The position numbers and the translations under genes are program-made. A DNA stretch of 64,000 nt from an uncultured virus (IMG/VR IMGVR_UViG_3300015050_001305) (lineage: Duplodnaviria > Heunggongvirae > Uroviricota > Caudoviricetes), in IMG/VR virus record IMGVR_UViG_3300015050_001305, one strand, 5' to 3'. A model generated the notes under the pieces. The model ran no database searches. It was not told where the DNA came from and saw only the letters and a list, made by a program, of their open reading frames with translations. Positions within the stretch are counted from its first letter, which is position 1, and each line of letters begins with the position of its first letter. Positions 19,488 to 29,122 of this stretch are shown here, piece by piece.

Positions 19488-19748
19488 ATGAGGAAATTAA
19501 AGCAAGTCGAAGTTGTAACTCATACTTTTAAACACGGGTCCGATGTCTACCTGTATGACAGTCGGAAGAAAGCCGAGGCCAAAGCGCTGCGACTGATGGA
19601 AGCACGGGTGCCGTCCTGGTTTGCATCAGCCGCTGAAAAATTTAATTTAATGTCAGACTTTGCTACCAAATTTCATTTCTTTCATGAGATTGAAAGCAAT
19701 ATCAGCGAGGGCGGCCGAATCAAGATAGTTCGAAAGTATGTGGAGTAA
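19488..19748 (+). CDS. Hypothetical protein, paralogue of the next gene
   Basis: KHGSDVYLYDSRKKAEA...LMEA. Confidence 0.75.
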   Translation: MRKLKQVEVVTHTFKHGSDVYLYDSRKKAEAKALRLMEARVPSWFASAAEKFNLMSDFATKFHFFHEIESNISEGGRIKIVRKYVE

Positions 19749-19752
19749 ATCG

Positions 19753-20010
19753 ATGGAAGAAACAACAATCTTTATTGTCAGCTATGTCCGCAAACACGAT
19801 GATGGCATTAATGCCTACGACAACCGCGCCAAGGCAGAAGCAGGTGTGATGTACTTAATGGAGGCCAGCGTCAATTCATGGGACACCAAAGCGAAGGCTG
19901 AATTTTATCAGCTCGAAAGCTTCGCGGCCAAGTATGAATTTTTCCAACGCATCGAAGCAGGCTTCAGCGGCAGTGTGACCATCAAAATATTTGAACGCTT
20001 GCTCCATTAA
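19753..20010 (+). CDS. Hypothetical protein, paralogue of the previous gene
   Basis: KHDDGINAYDNRAKAEA...LMEA. Confidence 0.75.
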   Translation: MEETTIFIVSYVRKHDDGINAYDNRAKAEAGVMYLMEASVNSWDTKAKAEFYQLESFAAKYEFFQRIEAGFSGSVTIKIFERLLH

Positions 20011-20069
20011 GCGCAGCAGCCGGCCTTCTTTTTCTCGCAAGAAACCCCTGGCCAAGTTGTAATAGAATT

Positions 20070-20378
20070 ATGTTAAGTAAACGAATTGAAGTTTTTAAAT
20101 TGACACACGATGATTGGCATCCGGCCTACGCCATTGATGGTTTTCTCCGTGGATGTAAACGGACAAGGGTCGTAAACGTTATCTATAACGGCAACATCAC
20201 TCAATACAATAAGAAGCTTAAGCCAGTTTGGCGCACATGCGTTTGGGGAGGCGATGATTCTGGAATGGAATTTGACTGCGATACCGAAGCAGAAGCGTGG
20301 AAGATGTTTCAGCATGTCATCCTGCTAGAATACGTAGATCAGGATGTCCTGACTGCACTAGGCTACGTGCGAGCATAG
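20070..20378 (+). CDS. Hypothetical phage protein
   Basis: Promoter motif; WRTCVWGGDDSGME. Confidence 0.75.
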   Translation: MLSKRIEVFKLTHDDWHPAYAIDGFLRGCKRTRVVNVIYNGNITQYNKKLKPVWRTCVWGGDDSGMEFDCDTEAEAWKMFQHVILLEYVDQDVLTALGYVRA

Positions 20379-20452
20379 CCGGACACCGTCCTGGCAGGAG
20401 AAAACTCTAGAGTTTTCTAGGGGCCAACTAGCGCAAACGCTTGCGCGGCTGC

Positions 20453-20653
20453 CTATCCCTTGGCTTTGGCTGCCTCCCATACAACGTCGGCGCGGTCGAA
20501 CAGCTCATTGACCTCATCAACGCTCAGGTCCATTGCCTCAGCCACAGCTCGGATGGTCTGCTTGCAGGATGTGTCGTCATCCCAATTCGCCGATAGCTCG
20601 CAGAGTAACCGCGCGAATTGAACCTTGTCATTTTTCCATAATTTGTTTTTCAT
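20453..20653 (-). CDS. Hypothetical phage protein
   Basis: Promoter-like motif; QFARLLCEL...MDL...ELFDRA. Confidence 0.75.
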   Translation of the reverse strand: MKNKLWKNDKVQFARLLCELSANWDDDTSCKQTIRAVAEAMDLSVDEVNELFDRADVVWEAAKAKG

Positions 20654-20733
20654 GTAGCTATATACAACTACCCAGGCTGACACTTGCGGTGTTTTTATTG
20701 AAAGAAAGACATAGCTGAGTTGTAGCTAAATTC

Positions 20734-20964
20734 ATGATGAATACACAAAACAATGAAACTGTTGATATCTCGGACTTGCCACGCCCAGAGGTTCAGTTGA
20801 CGGGCGTCAATGGTAATGTCTTTAGCGTAATCTCCACGGTTGAGCGGGCACTGAAACGTGCTGGTTGGACTAGCGACCAGCTAAGCGTGTTCAGGAATGA
20901 CGCTATGAGCGGTGACTACAATCATGCACTGCAAACCTGCATGAAATATGCTGATGTCTGTTGA
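20734..20964 (+). CDS. Hypothetical phage protein
   Basis: LTGVNGNVFSVI...ALKRAG...SGDYNHAL. Confidence 0.8.
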   Translation: MMNTQNNETVDISDLPRPEVQLTGVNGNVFSVISTVERALKRAGWTSDQLSVFRNDAMSGDYNHALQTCMKYADVC

Positions 20965-21259
20965 TCCTCTGGTCGTGCCGCCGACGGATGCGGAAATCAG
21001 ATATAGCCTGATCGAACTAGATTTAGAGCCGTTGCCTCCGTACGGATACGTCAGAGATGAAACACTACGGGACACCCCTTCTCCTTGGTTTATCCAAATA
21101 GACCGAAGGCATGGCATCTTCACAATGTGCTTAGGCTGTATGCGTCATGAGGATGATGAATGTCTCTGCCAATCTCATAGGGGCGTCGTGTTCGCGCCGC
21201 CTAAGGCGCATGTCGCTGTCGTCAAGCTGCTTCACAAAGACCATCTACCCAAAAAATGA
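20948..21259 (+). CDS. Hypothetical Cys/His protein
   Basis: ORF track. Confidence 0.5.
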   Translation: MLMSVDPLVVPPTDAEIRYSLIELDLEPLPPYGYVRDETLRDTPSPWFIQIDRRHGIFTMCLGCMRHEDDECLCQSHRGVVFAPPKAHVAVVKLLHKDHLPKK

Positions 21260-21350
21260 AGCCTGATCGCCACCACGGCCGTCAGGCTTTTGTCGTTGCT
21301 GCGCTGTAATTATCCTTGCAAGTTAACGCCGCCACAGCTGTAAACTAAAG

Positions 21351-22634
21351 ATGAAACTACCATTAACAATAGGCGTATCGCCAGACGGCGCACCAGTCAA
21401 GCTACCGCTCGATGCATTACGTCGCCACATGTTGGCGCTCGGCGCTTCCGGTAGCGGTAAGACCGTGCTGTGCAAAGTGCTTGTAGAAGAATGCATTCGA
21501 CTGCGGCTGCCTGTCATCGCAATTGACCCACAGGGCGATTTGGCATCGCTAGCGTTAACCGAAGACCCTGGGGTACTGATCAGAATGGGTGTTGACCCTG
21601 TAATTGCTCGTGAATTTCGCGCCTGTGTCGATGTGAAAATCTGGACACCAGGGTCTACTAACGGGATTCCGCTGTCGTTCGCACCCGCGATGGCTGTCTC
21701 CGACGGCGTCACAGGCGAAGATCGAATCCGCGCGTTTGGGTCTATCGGCTTGGCGCTGGCAAGCATGGCTGGCGCGGCTGATGAAACTACCCATGTTGCT
21801 TTTGCGATGATTCTCGAATACGCCGACACGAATGGTCTTGCGTGCGAGAACATTGAAGATTTTATCCAATTTCTGGAGGACCCACCGTTGCCTTTGATGC
21901 GTCAGCTGGACGTCATTTTCGATAGTAAGTCGCGTGCTAAGCTTCACAAAACATTCAAGCTTAAGACGCTCGGGTCGAATCGACTGCTGTTTAATATCGG
22001 CAATGCCATTGATATCAATGAGCTGTTTGGAATGTATGAAGGTGGTCCAGCTAGCCAGAATAAGGCAAGGTTGTCCATCATCTATCTGAACAGTCTGGCA
22101 TCTCAGGACGACAAAGATGTGTTCGTGGCATTGCTCTGTGCAGCGATGTATCAGTGGATGCTTACCTTGGACGGCTCGAAGTTGCATGGACTGCTGTATG
22201 TCGATGAAGTTGCGCCATACTTACCTCCGGTCAAGAACCCACCAGCGAAGCAGGGTTTGATGCTGCTGTTGCGCCAAGCCCGCAAGTATGGGGTCTGCTG
22301 CTTGCTGGCGACGCAATCACCCGGCGACTTGGACTACAAAGCTTTGGGCCAAGTTGGGTCGATTGCGCTGGGTCGGATATTTGGTGAACGTGCTTTGAGC
22401 AAGGTGGAACCATTGATGCGGGCAATGCCCGGCGTGGATACGGATGGCATCATGGACCGGCTGCCAACGATGCAGAAGGGCCATTTCGTGCTGATTAATC
22501 CGGATGAATACAGGGATGGGCCGGTTGAAGTCAAAGTGCGCTGGCTGGTTTCGAAACACACAACGGTGACACCGGACATGGTGAGCGACATGGTGAGCGA
22601 TGTAGACCGTACGGTGCTGGGAGGCATGATGTAG
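21351..22634 (+). CDS. HerA/FtsK-like (DUF87) P-loop ATPase, copy 2
   Basis: Same motifs; collinear paralogue of 17208-18473. Confidence 0.9.
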   Translation: MKLPLTIGVSPDGAPVKLPLDALRRHMLALGASGSGKTVLCKVLVEECIRLRLPVIAIDPQGDLASLALTEDPGVLIRMGVDPVIAREFRACVDVKIWTPGSTNGIPLSFAPAMAVSDGVTGEDRIRAFGSIGLALASMAGAADETTHVAFAMILEYADTNGLACENIEDFIQFLEDPPLPLMRQLDVIFDSKSRAKLHKTFKLKTLGSNRLLFNIGNAIDINELFGMYEGGPASQNKARLSIIYLNSLASQDDKDVFVALLCAAMYQWMLTLDGSKLHGLLYVDEVAPYLPPVKNPPAKQGLMLLLRQARKYGVCCLLATQSPGDLDYKALGQVGSIALGRIFGERALSKVEPLMRAMPGVDTDGIMDRLPTMQKGHFVLINPDEYRDGPVEVKVRWLVSKHTTVTPDMVSDMVSDVDRTVLGGMM

Positions 22635-22694
22635 CGTCCATGAATTTAAATCTATCTAGTTGAAATAACTAGAGCATGTAATTGTATACGTACT

Positions 22695-22901
22695 ATGACT
22701 AACCCAACGGAAACTAATATGACCACACCTGAAACTAAACGACTTGATCAGCACGCCGCGAACTTCAAGGCACTGGAAGAACGCATTCTAACACTGGAGG
22801 AACAGGTTGGCGTCTGTTTGGAATTCATCCGCAAGCAAGCTGAGGCACTAGCTAAGAAAGTGGATCCAGACTTTAAGCCGCGCACAAGAATCGAATCCTA
22901 A
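22695..22901 (+). CDS. Hypothetical coiled-coil protein
   Basis: Promoter variant GAAAT-N16-TGTA-N8-ATG. Confidence 0.7.
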   Translation: MTNPTETNMTTPETKRLDQHAANFKALEERILTLEEQVGVCLEFIRKQAEALAKKVDPDFKPRTRIES

Positions 22902-22903
22902 TT

Positions 22904-23146
22904 ATGCCATCCACGCCGCTGTGCTGGCGCAAGGGTGGAGCCTTTGAACTCCTTGGTCCCGATGACTGGACATCAGATCGTCGGGCTGGCTTTGTATTTA
23001 CCATCGTAGCTTGCAACGGAGGTTTAGAGGTTGCCTGCTACCATGGCGGCGAAACCGTTGATCGATTCTTCTGCCTATTGCTGCCGATAGCTAAGCAATG
23101 GTGCCAGGACAAGTTAAATGAAATCATTGCAGATTTAATCGGCTGA
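22904..23146 (+). CDS. Hypothetical protein, paralogue of the next gene
   Basis: WTSDRRAG...AKQWCQDKL. Confidence 0.7.
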   Translation: MPSTPLCWRKGGAFELLGPDDWTSDRRAGFVFTIVACNGGLEVACYHGGETVDRFFCLLLPIAKQWCQDKLNEIIADLIG

Positions 23147-23170
23147 ACAACCAGTAACCCAAGGTGTCTT

Positions 23171-23419
23171 ATGCTTAGCAATCTAAAACCATTCGTCTGG
23201 ACTGAACTCTACAAAGACAGCTGGGTCTCGGATATTCGGGCTGGCGTCACATTCAAGGTTGAGGCGACGCTGTACGGCTTCCAAGCGAGCTTCCTCATAG
23301 GCAATGCCTGCGTCGACCATCTACCTAACCGAACGCTTGACGATCCCATCGAATTAGACGAAGCGCAGCAATGGTGTCGGGATAAACTGCTGGTATTCAT
23401 AAATGCGCTCTTAGGCTGA
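23171..23419 (+). CDS. Hypothetical protein, paralogue of the previous gene
   Basis: WVSDIRAG...AQQWCRDKL. Confidence 0.7.
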   Translation: MLSNLKPFVWTELYKDSWVSDIRAGVTFKVEATLYGFQASFLIGNACVDHLPNRTLDDPIELDEAQQWCRDKLLVFINALLG

Positions 23420-23450
23420 AAGTAATCACCTACCAAGCTGTATATAGAAC

Positions 23451-23648
23451 ATGAATTACTATCAAAAATTTATTCTGGAAGCCACCGCCTGCAACCCTGC
23501 CGACATTGATCAAATCGAAGACATCATGCGCGATGCGCGCAATGGCATCCTTGGGAACCTTAGCAAAGATGAGCTTCAACGCGAAGCGCGCGTATCGTAC
23601 TACGTACTGCGTGTGAATCGCGGTGAGACACCAACGCTGGAGCTGTAG
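23451..23648 (+). CDS. Hypothetical protein
   Basis: Promoter motif upstream; palindrome downstream. Confidence 0.7.
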   Translation: MNYYQKFILEATACNPADIDQIEDIMRDARNGILGNLSKDELQREARVSYYVLRVNRGETPTLEL

Positions 23649-23906
23649 GCCAAGCAGGGTTGCCAACCCTCCCTGGCCCAACAGAAAACTCTAGAGTTTT
23701 CCTGTTAGATGACATGCCTGCGGCAGACAGGAAGGCCACGCCGCCCCCTGCGCGCACATGGCCACACGCATGGGCCAGCTTTGGGCGCTCATGGAGAGAG
23801 GCAATTTTGAGATGTTCGATTCAGATTGTTCCATTTACAGCCTGCGTGGTCGAAACTTGCTGACTTTTTCAAAGCAAGTATCAGGCAGGTCACTTGTACA
23901 CGTATC

Positions 23907-24131
23907 ATGCACAACAAAAAAGAAACCTTCGTCTTTGCCACGATTGATTGCTCAAGCGGCAGCGAGCGCGCCAGCGTATGCGACACATACGAAACCGAGG
24001 ATCAGGCCATTGCGGCCAGTCGTCGCTTTGGCGGCTTCATTTGCGCGGTGGAATTTGGTGAGCCTATCAAACCGGGCCAACGTATCTGGAAGGCTAATGC
24101 GATTCGTGTAGTTCACGGCGCGATGCGCTAA
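23907..24131 (+). CDS. Hypothetical protein
   Basis: Promoter motif sets the start. Confidence 0.65.
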   Translation: MHNKKETFVFATIDCSSGSERASVCDTYETEDQAIAASRRFGGFICAVEFGEPIKPGQRIWKANAIRVVHGAMR

Positions 24132-24372
24132 CGATAGATAATGGCGGCCATAGTGGCTACCGCAAGCAGGCTGACGATCAGCAACATCGCTTCGCTAAGT
24201 ATCGCGGATGATCTTCGCGGCTTAGGTAGTTTGTGTAGTACCGTTGCCATGAGGTTGCGTCGTAACTGGGGGCTCACCATGATATTTAGATATCTCAGAG
24301 AGGTTGTGATTTGTCCATTAACTTTCATGATTTTATTATGCAAGAGATCTGCCCTTCACTTGTAGGAGTCTT

Positions 24373-24687
24373 ATGATTCTATTTCTCTGCTACATCTTTC
24401 CGCCGCTAGCTGTCTTGCTCATGGGGCGACCCTTTAGTGCGATGGTCAATTGCTTCTTTACGATTCCATTCTGGAAGCCTGGCGTCAATCACGCGCTGGT
24501 CCACTATGCCGACTACAAAGGCACAAGGTCAGTCAGGCAGCTGAAGCAGTCTATCGACCAGCCAGCATGGGCTAGGGAATACACATCAGCGCCGACTGGT
24601 CGCCGCAAGAAGGCCGAAGTCGAGACGTCGTTCTTCGATGACCCACAGGTAGGCAAGAATGGTACGCGATTTCGCACGAAGGACTAG
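24373..24687 (+). CDS. YqaE/Pmp3-family proteolipid with C-terminal extension
   Basis: YIFPPLAVLL...NCFFTIPFWKPGVNHAL. Confidence 0.75.
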   Translation: MILFLCYIFPPLAVLLMGRPFSAMVNCFFTIPFWKPGVNHALVHYADYKGTRSVRQLKQSIDQPAWAREYTSAPTGRRKKAEVETSFFDDPQVGKNGTRFRTKD

Positions 24688-24766
24688 CCGCTGGCTGCGG
24701 CCATTGTCTGCTAGCGCAGGAGAAAACTCAGGAGTTTTCCGGGGGGCAGCGCAAACGCTTGCGCGG

Positions 24767-25018
24767 CTACGGATTTCGACCCAGTGCCACGCGGATATAC
24801 GTCTCGCAGGCGGCACGCGAATCTACATAGGAAGCAAACACGCCAAGTTCATGACGCATGCCAGGGCGGACAAAAAAGCTGGCCACGAATTTGCCGTCGG
24901 GATGGCCAGGATACTTCACAGACGAAGTAGGCTGATAGACGCGAATCTCAAACAGCCCTGCCTTTGTGGTACCGTATTGGTCAGGGTCACTCCATTTCAG
25001 CATTTTCGTTTTACGCAT
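24767..25018 (-). CDS. Hypothetical protein
   Basis: Promoter motif sets the start. Confidence 0.65.
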   Translation of the reverse strand: MRKTKMLKWSDPDQYGTTKAGLFEIRVYQPTSSVKYPGHPDGKFVASFFVRPGMRHELGVFASYVDSRAACETYIRVALGRNP

Positions 25019-25109
25019 ATATCCGTATACAACTAAGTCGCCAGATACTTGCAGTCTATCTTTTCTCTGAAATCCTGAAAGTCTTGAGCAACTAGGTTGT
25101 ATACTATCC

Positions 25110-26543
25110 ATGACCAACAACAATCAATCAGTCAGCGATTCATCAACCCGATTCTCATTGCTTGAATTGGACAATTTGCCAGGGCAGCCGCTTGAGGCTT
25201 TGCTCGCAGGTGAGCCAGTTCAGCCAGTCGTCGTTACCAGTGACATCACTAATGGCGTGTCCGCTGAAGGCAAGGCCCGTGCTGAAGCCGATGAGGTTGA
25301 CGCCGTTGCCAATGGCTGGAGCCTTGCATCGCCTATCTATGCTATTGGATCGGTTGTCAATGCTACTGGCGTCGCCAATTTCCGTGCATCGCGCATTGCC
25401 CATGACGAAAAACCTAGCGTGACTGAAGCCTGCGAAAAGCTGGTTAATCTGATCCAAGCGGAAGACCGTAAAGATATGGTAATCAAAGTCCCGGCCCTGC
25501 ATATGTTTCCAGATGGTCGTATCACGCGGGGTGGCGGGGCACTGGCTATCTCAGAGCGAGCCTTCACGGGTGTTGGCGTTCACGTAACCCCTGGCGGCGC
25601 TAGTTACTTGCGCTCATGCGAGCCCGCTATCCGCGCGCTTAACTTCAATCACTGGGCAGCTAAGGGTTTGCGCGAAGACACGCGCGCCACGCAGCAAGCT
25701 GTCGAATCGTGGACGCGCGAAGGTTGTGAAGGCCCTATGCCCGGACCAGTTATGGCCGAAAAGGAAGTAACCTTGCGCACTCGGCTTAACCATGCCAGTG
25801 GCAAGCGTGAAGCATGGAGCATCGTAGGCCCGCGCTATGCCGCTCATGATGTTGACGCGATTGCGCAACAGGTGATGCGCTCTGAAGCAATTCCGGCAGA
25901 TGCCAAATGTGACATCACCTATGATGGTTACCGTATGCGTATGGACGTGCTTTTTCACACCAATATCCAACCGGAAAAAGCGGTCGCTGGCGAAATTTTC
26001 AAAGCTGGCATCATGGTTAAGACTGCCGACGATGGTTCGGGCTCGATTCAAATCAGCGCGCAAGTCTTTCGCAATCTTTGCCTTAACCTGATTGTCATTG
26101 ACCACGCCAAACATCAGGTAACCCGCCGTAAACACTACGGTTCTGGCATTGAAGCGGCAGTCGCCGAGGGTATCGAAACCGCCATGGGCAAGGTTAAGGT
26201 TTTCGCTGATAAATGGTCGGAAGCTACCATGGAGAATGTTTTGGAACGCTATGGCGTTAATGACATTGAAGCTGTTATGCGTGGCCTGGTTTTTAACAAG
26301 GTTGTCCACGTCTCAGGCATCAAACCGGATGACATGTTTGAGCGGCTTATGCGCGCATACCAGGCTGAACCTGGTTACGGCAAAGAGGCAATCGTAAACG
26401 CGGTTACTCGTTGCGCGCATTCCGAAACGTGGTCGCGCTGGACCGATGTAGAAGACCTTGAGCGCAAGGGTGGGGAATTGTTGTTCGCCAACCAATGGAA
26501 TGTGGCAATCCCTGAAGCTGCACGCGAAGCGCTGACCTACTAG
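25110..26543 (+). CDS. DUF932/DUF945-like phage protein
   Basis: GIMVKTADDGSGSIQISAQVFRNLCLN...RKH matches the family pattern. Confidence 0.75.
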   Translation: MTNNNQSVSDSSTRFSLLELDNLPGQPLEALLAGEPVQPVVVTSDITNGVSAEGKARAEADEVDAVANGWSLASPIYAIGSVVNATGVANFRASRIAHDEKPSVTEACEKLVNLIQAEDRKDMVIKVPALHMFPDGRITRGGGALAISERAFTGVGVHVTPGGASYLRSCEPAIRALNFNHWAAKGLREDTRATQQAVESWTREGCEGPMPGPVMAEKEVTLRTRLNHASGKREAWSIVGPRYAAHDVDAIAQQVMRSEAIPADAKCDITYDGYRMRMDVLFHTNIQPEKAVAGEIFKAGIMVKTADDGSGSIQISAQVFRNLCLNLIVIDHAKHQVTRRKHYGSGIEAAVAEGIETAMGKVKVFADKWSEATMENVLERYGVNDIEAVMRGLVFNKVVHVSGIKPDDMFERLMRAYQAEPGYGKEAIVNAVTRCAHSETWSRWTDVEDLERKGGELLFANQWNVAIPEAAREALTY

Positions 26544-26597
26544 GTCGAATGTGGCGAGCAGCGTGCAAGTTATCGCCTGCTCGCCTGTAGTATAGAC

Positions 26598-26768
26598 ATG
26601 AGCAAAACAAACAAAAAAGAATTGATTGAAAAGATTGTCAGCCAAGTCGACGACTACGATCTCGAAACGTTGGTCGAATGCTGCAAAGACATGATTCGGG
26701 AGAATCTCTCGAAAAAATCTATTACTGCCTTGAAAAATGAAGCGACGGGGCTAGGTATTGAATTATAA
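26598..26768 (+). CDS. 56-aa hypothetical protein
   Basis: Promoter motif; MSKTNKKELIEKIV... Confidence 0.65.
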   Translation: MSKTNKKELIEKIVSQVDDYDLETLVECCKDMIRENLSKKSITALKNEATGLGIEL

Positions 26769-26825
26769 CCAACAATTCCAGGTCGATTCCCTGAAAGATT
26801 CAGGCGACTGGGTTGTAGTAGTATT

Positions 26826-26924
26826 GTGACCAGCAAGTGCTGAACTGTCTAGCCAGAGTGACTGTCCGGGGCGCGTCCCGCTGATGGTTATGGTGAAGGC
26901 GAAAATGGGGAGCTTGCTGGTTAC
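26826..26924 (+). ncRNA. Candidate structured small RNA, about 99 nt
   Basis: Starts at the motif-predicted +1; 5' GTGACCAGCAAG pairs with 3' CTTGCTGGTTAC; inner stems present; no ORF. Confidence 0.5.
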
Positions 26925-26995
26925 GCTTTAGGAGTTTTCCTTCACCCGAGCATGGATAGCTTGCAAGAATTCGATGGCTCGGTTGTAGTAACTAT

Positions 26996-27391
26996 ATGAA
27001 GAAAATTAATGGTGACATCTACGTTTCACCGGCCATCCTCTACATTCTGCGAGTTACCATTTCAGAGTATCATAATGATTCCGATGAGGGTCGGCAGCAT
27101 GTGTGCGACCGTTATGAAGACCTGCGGTTTGGTGCTGATCCCAAGCTGCTCCAGGCGAAGGCAGACGAGCTAGTACGCTTGATGGCGAGGAGCGGGTCGG
27201 CCAGGAACGATAAGAAGATTCGGGAGATCTGGCCTGGTTATGATGGCGCAACTGCTGCGATCAGCGTGGTTGCCATTAAATCTGACATGATGGACTCTGA
27301 CCTCTGGCTAGGGATTCAAGATATCGCCCATGTGAACGCATGTTTCACGGCAGCCGCCGCAGGGACGCTTACGCCAATCACAAAAGAGTAA
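26996..27391 (+). CDS. Hypothetical protein
   Basis: Promoter motif upstream; palindrome downstream. Confidence 0.7.
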   Translation: MKKINGDIYVSPAILYILRVTISEYHNDSDEGRQHVCDRYEDLRFGADPKLLQAKADELVRLMARSGSARNDKKIREIWPGYDGATAAISVVAIKSDMMDSDLWLGIQDIAHVNACFTAAAAGTLTPITKE

Positions 27392-27443
27392 CCCATAGGG
27401 GCTTGCGGCCTCATGAGAGGGAGAAAACTCCAGAGTTTTCCAT

Positions 27444-27519
27444 TGGCGACTCCACCAGGACTCGAACCTGGGACCTACTGCTTAGAAGGCAGTTGCTCTA
27501 TCCACTGAGCTATGGAGCC
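27444..27519 (-). tRNA. tRNA-Arg (anticodon UCU), CCA encoded
   Basis: GGCTCCATAGCTCAGTGGATAGAGCAACTGCCT-TCT-AAGCAGTAGGTCCCAGGTTCGAGTCCTGGTGGAGTCGCCA folds into a cloverleaf. Confidence 0.97.
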
Positions 27520-27527
27520 AAAAGATA

Positions 27528-27746
27528 CTAATCTTTCGGCATACTATCATAGGCTTTGGAGATGGCTTCTTGCAATACGTCGGCGTCAACTTGCTCGCCA
27601 GCCTCGTAGCATTCATCTGTTGATTCCCATGAATGATCTGGGCCGGCTGGGTTGTTCATCTGTTCGCAGAGCAGCTTGTATGCAGCTTCAATCGATTCAG
27701 CCTTGAGGGTAATCAGGATAGTGAATTGGAAGTCTTTGGTTTGCAT
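27528..27746 (-). CDS. Hypothetical protein
   Basis: Promoter motif; probably co-transcribed with the tRNA. Confidence 0.7.
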   Translation of the reverse strand: MQTKDFQFTILITLKAESIEAAYKLLCEQMNNPAGPDHSWESTDECYEAGEQVDADVLQEAISKAYDSMPKD

Positions 27747-27837
27747 GGTTCTAGTACAACTAACCGGGTCGATGCTTGCTAAAAAAACGCTGAAAGGTTC
27801 ATGTGACTCGGTTGTAGTATGCTGTCTGGGCTGCCGT

Positions 27838-28356
27838 TCAGCTAGCATTGTTCATTAGGTCGACCGCTAGTCTCACATTCGACACACTAATCTCCATGTC
27901 CTCCTTGATGCTGTCAACCATGGATTCCGCATAGCTGGTCACAATGGATTGGAGTCGTTCCTCTGACAGTCCTTGGCTCCAACATGAAACATCAAAGGTG
28001 ACACGAAAACACGCCTTGAACATTTCCCATTCCAGTAAGACCCACAGACAGACATTATCGTCAATGAAGCTGGCTTGTGCTTCGGTCATGTCTTTGGCGG
28101 GAATAACCGAACGGTCACCCGCTAGGGTAATCATTTGCAGGTTAACACCAACCAGCGCAGCTTCAATGCTGGCCAGCAGCTCATCGCGGTTGTAATCAGG
28201 CAATGGCAGGTCATCGTTCAAATCGTCGCACAGCGCGATGGCTGTGTCTTTGATGGACATCCCAAGCGGCGAACGAACTAAGGTCTTGCCCGAGTATTTA
28301 CCGGGCTGAAAGAACCAGTCGCGGTGAGCTGCTTGGATGCGCGTAATTTTGAACAT
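27838..28356 (-). CDS. Hypothetical protein
   Basis: Promoter motif sets the start. Confidence 0.7.
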   Translation of the reverse strand: MFKITRIQAAHRDWFFQPGKYSGKTLVRSPLGMSIKDTAIALCDDLNDDLPLPDYNRDELLASIEAALVGVNLQMITLAGDRSVIPAKDMTEAQASFIDDNVCLWVLLEWEMFKACFRVTFDVSCWSQGLSEERLQSIVTSYAESMVDSIKEDMEISVSNVRLAVDLMNNAS

Positions 28357-28489
28357 GGCTGGTATACAGGCGACATGTTGGATTCTTGCTGACAATCTGA
28401 CGTGAAAGTATTCAGCATAATACTGAAAGTAATAGCATTGACAATTGTACTTAATCAAACAACGTCAATAAACAAAAAGAAGAACCACC

Positions 28490-28840
28490 ATGACCCTTAT
28501 TCAATTGCGTCGCAATCCACGCGAGCTAACCGAAGCTGAATCATCCCTCTTACAATCCGTTGAAAGTCGAGTCGTTCACTTCCGCCAGGTTGATCAGGTG
28601 AAACGTACTGACTGCACTGTCTACAATGCTTGCCTGTCTCAGGCTATCTCGGGTCGTTGGGAAGGCTTCTCATGCGCTGATTGCACTGCCTACGCGCAGC
28701 CAGATCAGTTTCAGCGCGAAAGCGATATGCTCGCCCTCAGCGCACTAGGCGCAGCGGTCAGGATTATTGAAACGGATGGCAAGATTCAACGCAAACGAGG
28801 CAACAAGGGTGGAGCCGAATCCAAAGGCCAGCGCCGCTAG
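28490..28840 (+). CDS. Hypothetical 4-Cys protein
   Basis: CTVYNACL...FSCADC. Confidence 0.7.
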   Translation: MTLIQLRRNPRELTEAESSLLQSVESRVVHFRQVDQVKRTDCTVYNACLSQAISGRWEGFSCADCTAYAQPDQFQRESDMLALSALGAAVRIIETDGKIQRKRGNKGGAESKGQRR

Positions 28841-28921
28841 TTGGCGCGCTAGCGCTGCTACTGGAAAACTCTAGAGTTTTCTGCTGGCTACGCTGGAAGC
28901 TGAACGTTGCACCTCCAACGC

Positions 28922-29122
28922 TCAGTCTTCCTGGTATGGATATTCCTCAATCTTGTAGGGACAGCCATTCAAGTTGGCGGCAGCCCATTCAACGGCTTCA
29001 TCAACCGTATTGAAAGCACCGCGATTCAACACGGCAAACGGCCCGGTTGCTTCGGTAGGGTGAAATTTGGTGCGACGGCTGGATTTAGTGTAAGGCACAA
29101 AGACTAGGTATTGAATGCTCAT
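28922..29122 (-). CDS. Hypothetical protein
   Basis: Promoter motif upstream. Confidence 0.7.
   Translation of the reverse strand: MSIQYLVFVPYTKSSRRTKFHPTEATGPFAVLNRGAFNTVDEAVEWAAANLNGCPYKIEEYPYQED

Noticed and set aside
21555..26309. Long antisense ORFs (21555-22187, 25614-26309, also 17204-17695)
   Set aside because: They are shadows of well-supported plus-strand genes, with no motifs or promoter.
26826..26924. Hammerhead ribozyme (CTGATG...GAAA)
   Set aside because: No stem II between the core elements, and CUGANGA is not complete.
27444..27519. tRNA as a prophage attachment site
   Set aside because: Phage-type cassettes continue on both sides, and I saw no integrase or duplicated 3' end.
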